In this document: one piece after another, positions 27,422-32,000 of the stretch
Layout: each line of letters opens with the position of its first letter
How positions within the stretch are numbered: position 1 is the first letter of the stretch
Position numbers and translations under genes: made by a program
Assembly (NCBI GenBank): GCA_963706795.1
Contig: OY970170.1
Location: 660,001 to 692,000, forward strand
Direction: 5' to 3'
DNA: 32,000 nt
DNA from: Candidatus Saccharimonadota bacterium
GTDB taxonomy: Bacteria; Patescibacteriota; Gracilibacteria; BD1-5; UBA2023
The notes under the pieces: model-generated
Told to the model about the DNA's origin: nothing
Databases searched by the model: none
The model's input: only the letters and a program-made list of their open reading frames with translations

Positions 27422-27509
27422 ATGGTTTGCAGTCACAGAGTGTGACCGAGACGATTCCTCCTTTGGAATCCGCCTCATTGCAAACTATGGGAAGACCGGC
27501 ATGTGCTCA

Positions 27510-27698
27510 TTAGTTCAGTAGTTTGCGCACTTTGACCAGATTTTCCGCTGCTTGTGACAGGGTGTAGCCATGCTCCAGTGCCGCGTGAATCTGATGAGGC
27601 TTGTTGAAGCGATCGATTTCGAGACTGACAATTACAGTGTCCGCAGCTTTTTGTTGCGAAGTGGAATGAGTATTTGTTTGACTTTGAACGCTGTTCAT
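27510..27698 (-). CDS. 62-aa hypothetical protein
   Basis: AAGGAAG lies 6 nt upstream of the ATG. The gene has its own promoter (TTGACA 27799..27804, TACAAT 27778..27783) and terminator. The overlapping 115-aa ORF 27475..27822 lacks these signals. Confidence 0.55.
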   Translation of the reverse strand: MNSVQSQTNTHSTSQQKAADTVIVSLEIDRFNKPHQIHAALEHGYTLSQAAENLVKVRKLLN

Positions 27699-27807
27699 TT
27701 TGAACTTCCTTCAGAGATTTTCCTTGCATTACGTGAGCAAGGCTACACGGTGTACTTCCAATAAAAGACACCCGCCCATTGTAGTAAAATAAATTACTTG
27801 TCAAAGC

Positions 27808-27830
27808 AATATTAATCATCAATTAATATT
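27808..27830. promoter_or_regulatory. 9-5-9 perfect inverted repeat in a divergent promoter region
   Basis: AATATTAAT-CATCA-ATTAATATT lies between the minus-strand -35 (27799..27804) and the plus-strand -35 (27849..27854). Confidence 0.4.
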
Positions 27831-27848
27831 TTCGTCAATATCGCTTCT

Positions 27849-27877
27849 TTGCGTCAAATGCAGGACTCTGGTAGTCT
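27849..27877 (+). promoter_or_regulatory. Promoter placed for a leaderless CBS-protein mRNA
   Basis: TTGCGT (27849..27854), a 17-nt spacer, then TAGTCT (27872..27877). The ATG follows 9 nt later and there is no SD. Confidence 0.45.
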
Positions 27878-27886
27878 GGATTTTAG

Positions 27887-28768
27887 ATGACAGCCAATAT
27901 TCAACCGAACTCGATACAAAATACAGAAGCCCCAATAGATTCTGTAGGGCAGTTTTATGATGCAGTTCAGGATCATATTCCTTTAAGCGCGAGTGCTGCA
28001 GCGCGACTCGAGATCCGAAAATTACTCCTCGAAATGCGTCATCGTAGCGAACGGAATGCGATTATTGCATGAACCTCCGCAAAACTCGAATGGACGATCG
28101 AAAAACAAAAGGCCTTCTATGCTGAGCTTGAGGAGCTCTTTAAGGAGCCAGGAAGATTTGCGAGTCCTCGCGCTCTTGCAGAGTCCGTCTGAGCTATGGC
28201 CACAGAAGTTATTGCGGATGGGCTCACAATCGCACAGATTCGCAAAAATATGTTTTCGGTTGATACATATAGACTCTCCAAAGAAGGTGCATTTAATTTT
28301 CCGATGCTCGATGATACGACCGTGGTAGGATTGGACCTTCATTTGGCCTTTTCACTTGATGATACGGTCGGATATGTGCTCTCAAAATTTCGTCAGTATC
28401 GACAAAAATATGATGCTGCAGCTATTATTGATGACCAAAAACGACCCATCGGACTCATTCGTATTGCCAATCTCCAAAAATTGGATTCACAGGCGAAGCT
28501 CTCAGAATTATCACGAGAAGTATTACCCTATATAACCTGACCATTCCCAACCATCGAGGTTCCACGGGAAGAAGCCGAAAAGCAAATGCGAGAGCTCGAC
28601 GTCAATCTTATGCCAGTAGTTGATTCACAAAAGGAATTCATAACAGGATTCCTTACACTCGAAAGATTTACATTTCAGACGACTCGGTTCTATACCACTA
28701 AGCTCAATACAGAGATTGGCCTCGAAAAACTCCACAATAATATCGAACATCAGAACGATGAAGCATAA
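27887..28768 (+). CDS. CBS-domain pair protein with unassigned N-terminal domain
   Basis: Three same-frame pieces (27887, 28196 and 28586) join through TGAs at 28070, 28190 and 28538. The CBS-like repeats are TVGYVLSKFRQYRQKYDAAAIIDDQKRPIGLIRIANL and EAEKQMRELDVNLMPVVDSQKEFITGFLTLERF. Confidence 0.65.
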
Positions 28769-28797
28769 AAATCCCTCACGAGTGAGGGATTTTTATT
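28767..28797 (+). terminator. Rho-independent terminator
   Basis: ATCCCTCA-CGAG-TGAGGGAT (28771..28790) followed by TTTTTATTG. Confidence 0.85.
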
Positions 28798-29178
28798 GTC
28801 TGCTCAAATTTTTTGGGCAACAAAAAGCCCACGTATGAAGAGGCTTTTCTGTTTAACACATGCCCATACGTGGACCTTTCTTGGTTGCTTGTTCAGCGCC
28901 GAATCCGATCAATGCATGTCAGCTGCATTTCCCCTGTTTTAACAAGACTAGGGTTCTTGTTTCGTTCACCTCCGAAAATGAGGCAAAACGACAATTGGTA
29001 TTTTTTGGAACGTTTTAACGGTTCTTTATTTTTGTTTGGTGCTGTGGGTGATTCGGCTCACCTGTTGTATAGCAGCTGACAAAGTTATTAAAACATAAAG
29101 AATTTATGTCGTCAAATAATCGAGACACTTTTTTGCATATTCTCTTTTTTTATTTTTAATTGAGCTATACTCTCCTCT

Positions 29179-29751
29179 ATGTGATCAACTCTCCTTGGGG
29201 CGAATGCCTTTACTGAACGACAAAAAATCGTGGAACGAACGCATGGGTTACAATGCGCAATCGACGATATATGTGAATATGTAGCTCTTCTTTTAGAAGA
29301 ACCAGAAACTATTCAGCCTGAGGATATGAAATATATCTTCCAGGAACGTGCTATGTTTTGTGTGCCGTCAGTAAAGATTAGCGACCAGTTTTTGAAGGGT
29401 ACGGAGTTCTTTGGAACGATATTTGCCAAGCATCTCGAGGATCCAAAGCCACTCATGATAACGGATATCAAGAATCCGAATAATCCACGACAGCTCCTGT
29501 GGCATGCTACCAACGCCTGGCTTAAATATGTGACAGGTGAAGCGGCGCATCGTAATTCTTTGGACGCACAACGTCTCTATTTCTTTTCGTACAATGCCTA
29601 CGAAAAATGGGTGTGAATGACCGCATCGAAACGCCCTAACAATACGGCTATCTTGCACGCATTTGAATGATCGACATTAGCGGGGATCGACCTATTTTCG
29701 GGTATCAACCTCGCCCACAAAGCTCCGGTTGTCTCACTACGCTGAAATTAA
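29179..29751 (+). CDS. 190-aa hypothetical protein
   Basis: The ATG at 29179 lies 7 nt after TATACT (29166..29171). TGA is the second codon (29182), with further TGAs at 29614, 29668 and 29743. Stop is TAA 29749..29751. The standard-code track shows only 29230..29616. Confidence 0.5.
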
Positions 29752-31848
29752 CTACTTTTCTGTAGCGCGATAGTCGCCCATCCAATCCTCGGAAGGTGCC
29801 TCGGTTATATAGCGATTTGTACGCTCAAGGAAGGTTTTAGATGCACTGTCATTGTATTCGGTAACCAGCTCTTCGAAGAGCTTTTTTGCGAGGACAAAAT
29901 TGCGAGATTGGTATTGAGTGAGCGCAGTCTCAAATTTTTTAATGAGACTGAGAACACTGTCATGTACGAGCCCGCGAACTCCTACAAGCTCATAGATATT
30001 GAGTGGCAGATCCTTTCCTTTTGCCATAATCGAGTCGAGCTTACGGAAGACAAAATGTGCGTGCTCGCTTTCGTAGATCGACTGCCCGACGCAGATCTTT
30101 GTGCCATAAAATTTATTGATTCCTTCAAAGCGTGAAGCGGTATTGACGGTGTCGCCGAGCGCAGTGTATTCAATCTTTTTCCCTTCACTTCCGATATTAC
30201 CAACGACGGCCTGTCATTTGTTGAGACCCATACGGACAGAGATTTCAAAGCCAAATTGGGATTTGAATTTTTCGTTCATTTTCGCGATAGCTTCCTGTTG
30301 CAGAATCGCTGACTTACAGGCGAGATAGGCCTGACGATCCTCGAGCCCGAAGGCTCCCCAGATCGCCATAACGGCATCACCTTCATATTTATTGACGAAT
30401 CCCTGCTCGTGGATGATGATATTTGAGACTTCTTTGAGATATACTGAGAGGAAACTTACGAGCTCTTCTGGCTCCATGCGCTCCGAGATGGTTGTAAAGC
30501 CAGCAATGTCTGAGAAAAAAAGCGTGACTTCTTTGCGGACTCCTCAGAGTTTTACTTCTTGATAATTGGAGAGTACGGCAGTTACGAGCTCTTCGGCTAA
30601 GTATTGCGAGAGCGTATTTTTGAGAAGGCGCTTTCCTTTTTCTTCATAGATATATTTGTAACTCGTCACGGCGATCGCGGTGAGCACGACCACCATAATA
30701 ATCTCAGTCGGGTGGAGGAAAATCTTGGATGACATACTAAACACCACCAGATAGAAAAATCCACCAATTGTCAGTGCAACAAATGAATACGCGAGCTGAT
30801 AGATGCGATTTTCGACGTGCATCAAAAATAGTGTCAGTGCGAGTGCTAAAAAGAGGATGATGATATATTCACTTCCTTGAGAAACATACGAAAGAAAGGC
30901 ACTATTGAGGATAGTATTGACGAGATTGAGATGCACATTTACTCCATATGTAATGCCAATCGGAGTAAAAAACTCGTCATGCAATGCGGTTGCGGTCGCT
31001 CCAATGAAGATAATTTTGTCCTTCACCAAAGCGGGATCAAAGGTGTCATTATAAATATCCACGAATGAGATCGTCGAGAACGAAAGATCTTTTGGGATGT
31101 AGTTTATAAGTACTTCGTTTTTGTTCGATTGAGAGAGGGGAATGTATTCATATTTTCCGGTATGAAATTTGAGATATCACTCATAGTCGAGAGCTCCAGT
31201 ATTGACGTTTGTATTGATCGCATTCGCTGTATCGAGATATGTTCGCATTGTTGCGAGCGAGAATGGCTCATATACTGTTCCACTGTTAGTCTTGATGATC
31301 GGCGCAATGCTATATACCAGACCATTCGTACTATCAAGAAGTGGCTGGAAGTATCCGATCGATTTTGCGGATTCGCGGAGTTTTTCGGTGGGATAGATGA
31401 GCTCTTCTCATTTGGAACTGCGAGCGATGGACATTCCAATGGTGACATTACCAGCTCGCTTGATAGCAGCTGCGAGAACATCATCGCCATCGGCCTTCTC
31501 AGAAAAAAGTACGTCTATTCCAATTGCGATCGCTCCATGCTTCATGAGGTTGTCGATCGCCTGGGCGTAGTACTCTCGTTTAAATTCTTGCCAGCGTCCA
31601 AGACCACCCCTGTCGCCATCAAGAAGCGTTCTATCATCGATCGCCACGAGCGATATACTCTGATTTCGCTCTCTTGGATGCCACGGGATCTCCATTGAGA
31701 AGAGAATATTTCGAATCCCGAGATTCGAATATCGTACGACCGTCGCAAACGGATAAATATTTGAGATGATTCCCACAACGAAGAGTACGAGCGTGGTGAT
31801 GAGTACTGAAAACAGCCACTTATTTCCGATGAGCGAACGATTTTTCAT
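29752..31848 (-). CDS. CHASE2 sensor domain - multi-TM - class III adenylate/guanylate cyclase
   Basis: Same-frame pieces join through TGAs at 31408, 31177, 30544 and 30214. The CHASE2-like N-terminus is VAIDDRTL...WQEFKREYYAQAIDNLMKHGAIAIGIDVLFSE. Four hydrophobic helices lie at 30544..31062. The cyclase motifs are VTLFFSDIAGFT, KYEGDAVMAIWG, GLNK(G)QAVVGNIGS and YTALGDTVNTASRFE. Confidence 0.88.
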
Positions 31849-32000
31849 TATTTCCCAGAGGTAATGGAATCGATCGTACTATTGAAGTTTTTGATGTCCC
31901 GCATGATACTGTCTGTGTCGAGCTTAAAGGTTTTTTGTGCCCATTCGGTATCTGAGAGAATATCAAATCCTGTCATTTTCTTCCATTCGGCGATTTGTGC
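31848..32000 (-). CDS. C-terminal end of an upstream gene (partial), translationally coupled to the cyclase
   Basis: An open frame enters from the window edge (...AQIAEWKKMTGFDILSDTEWAQKTFKLDTDSIMRDIKNFNSTIDSITSGK). It ends at a TAA that overlaps the cyclase ATG (TAATG). Confidence 0.45.
   Translation of the reverse strand, partial: AQIAEWKKMTGFDILSDTEWAQKTFKLDTDSIMRDIKNFNSTIDSITSGK

Noticed and set aside
27475-27822. A 115-aa minus ORF and a 67-aa plus ORF (27318..27521) overlapping the small-gene islet.
   Set aside because: Both run across intrinsic terminators and promoter elements. The signal-supported reading frames are the 62-aa and 42-aa genes.
28813-29079. An 88-aa plus-strand ORF in the spacer after the CBS gene.
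   Set aside because: It starts inside the terminator tail of the preceding gene, with no promoter or SD. Its composition is implausible, and the region is dominated by hairpins.
1-32000. Mobile elements, CRISPR arrays, rRNA and prophage signatures.
   Set aside because: I could find no transposase- or integrase-like product, no terminal inverted repeats flanking a gene block, and no regularly spaced repeat array. The only direct repeat has two copies.

Overview
This 32-kb chromosomal window comes from a bacterium that reads UGA as a sense codon. The pattern fits translation table 25 (UGA=Gly), typical of Gracilibacteria/Absconditabacteria-type CPR lineages. By my count about 45 in-frame TGAs split otherwise contiguous, recognisable proteins in the supplied standard-code ORF track. 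Many fall on positions that are invariant Gly in the families concerned, and every gene I could close ends in TAA or TAG. Re-read with TGA=Gly, the fragments fuse into about 35 genes. Housekeeping genes: grpE, rpsA, tRNA-His, recG, ruvA, trxB, thrS, a class-B PBP and a degenerate short PriA-like protein. Sensory and type IV pilus genes: an orphan MCP, pilT, a cNMP-binding+GAF protein, a VirD4/TraD-like ATPase, a prepilin and a CHASE2-adenylate cyclase. There is also a redox/detox cluster (trxB, PNPOx-like, AhpD-like, HxlR, SRPBCC, MarR). Several very small stand-alone genes each have their own promoter, SD and terminator. No rRNA, CRISPR array, transposase or integrase is visible. The features most worth follow-up are listed here.
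- The recoding itself and its uneven use: six large genes have no TGA.
- A roughly 250-nt highly structured RNA-like segment with a duplicated 38-nt motif, directly downstream of tRNA-His.
- Two classes of translation start: -10 boxes 7-9 nt from the ATG (leaderless-like) versus AAGGAG exactly 6 nt upstream.
- A putative cAMP / type IV pilus circuit.
- A catalytically dead, truncated PriA.
- A terminator-containing thrS leader.
- A 42-aa Pro/Trp-rich cationic peptide gene.
All functional calls rest on motifs I recognised by eye. No alignment, folding or database search was run.
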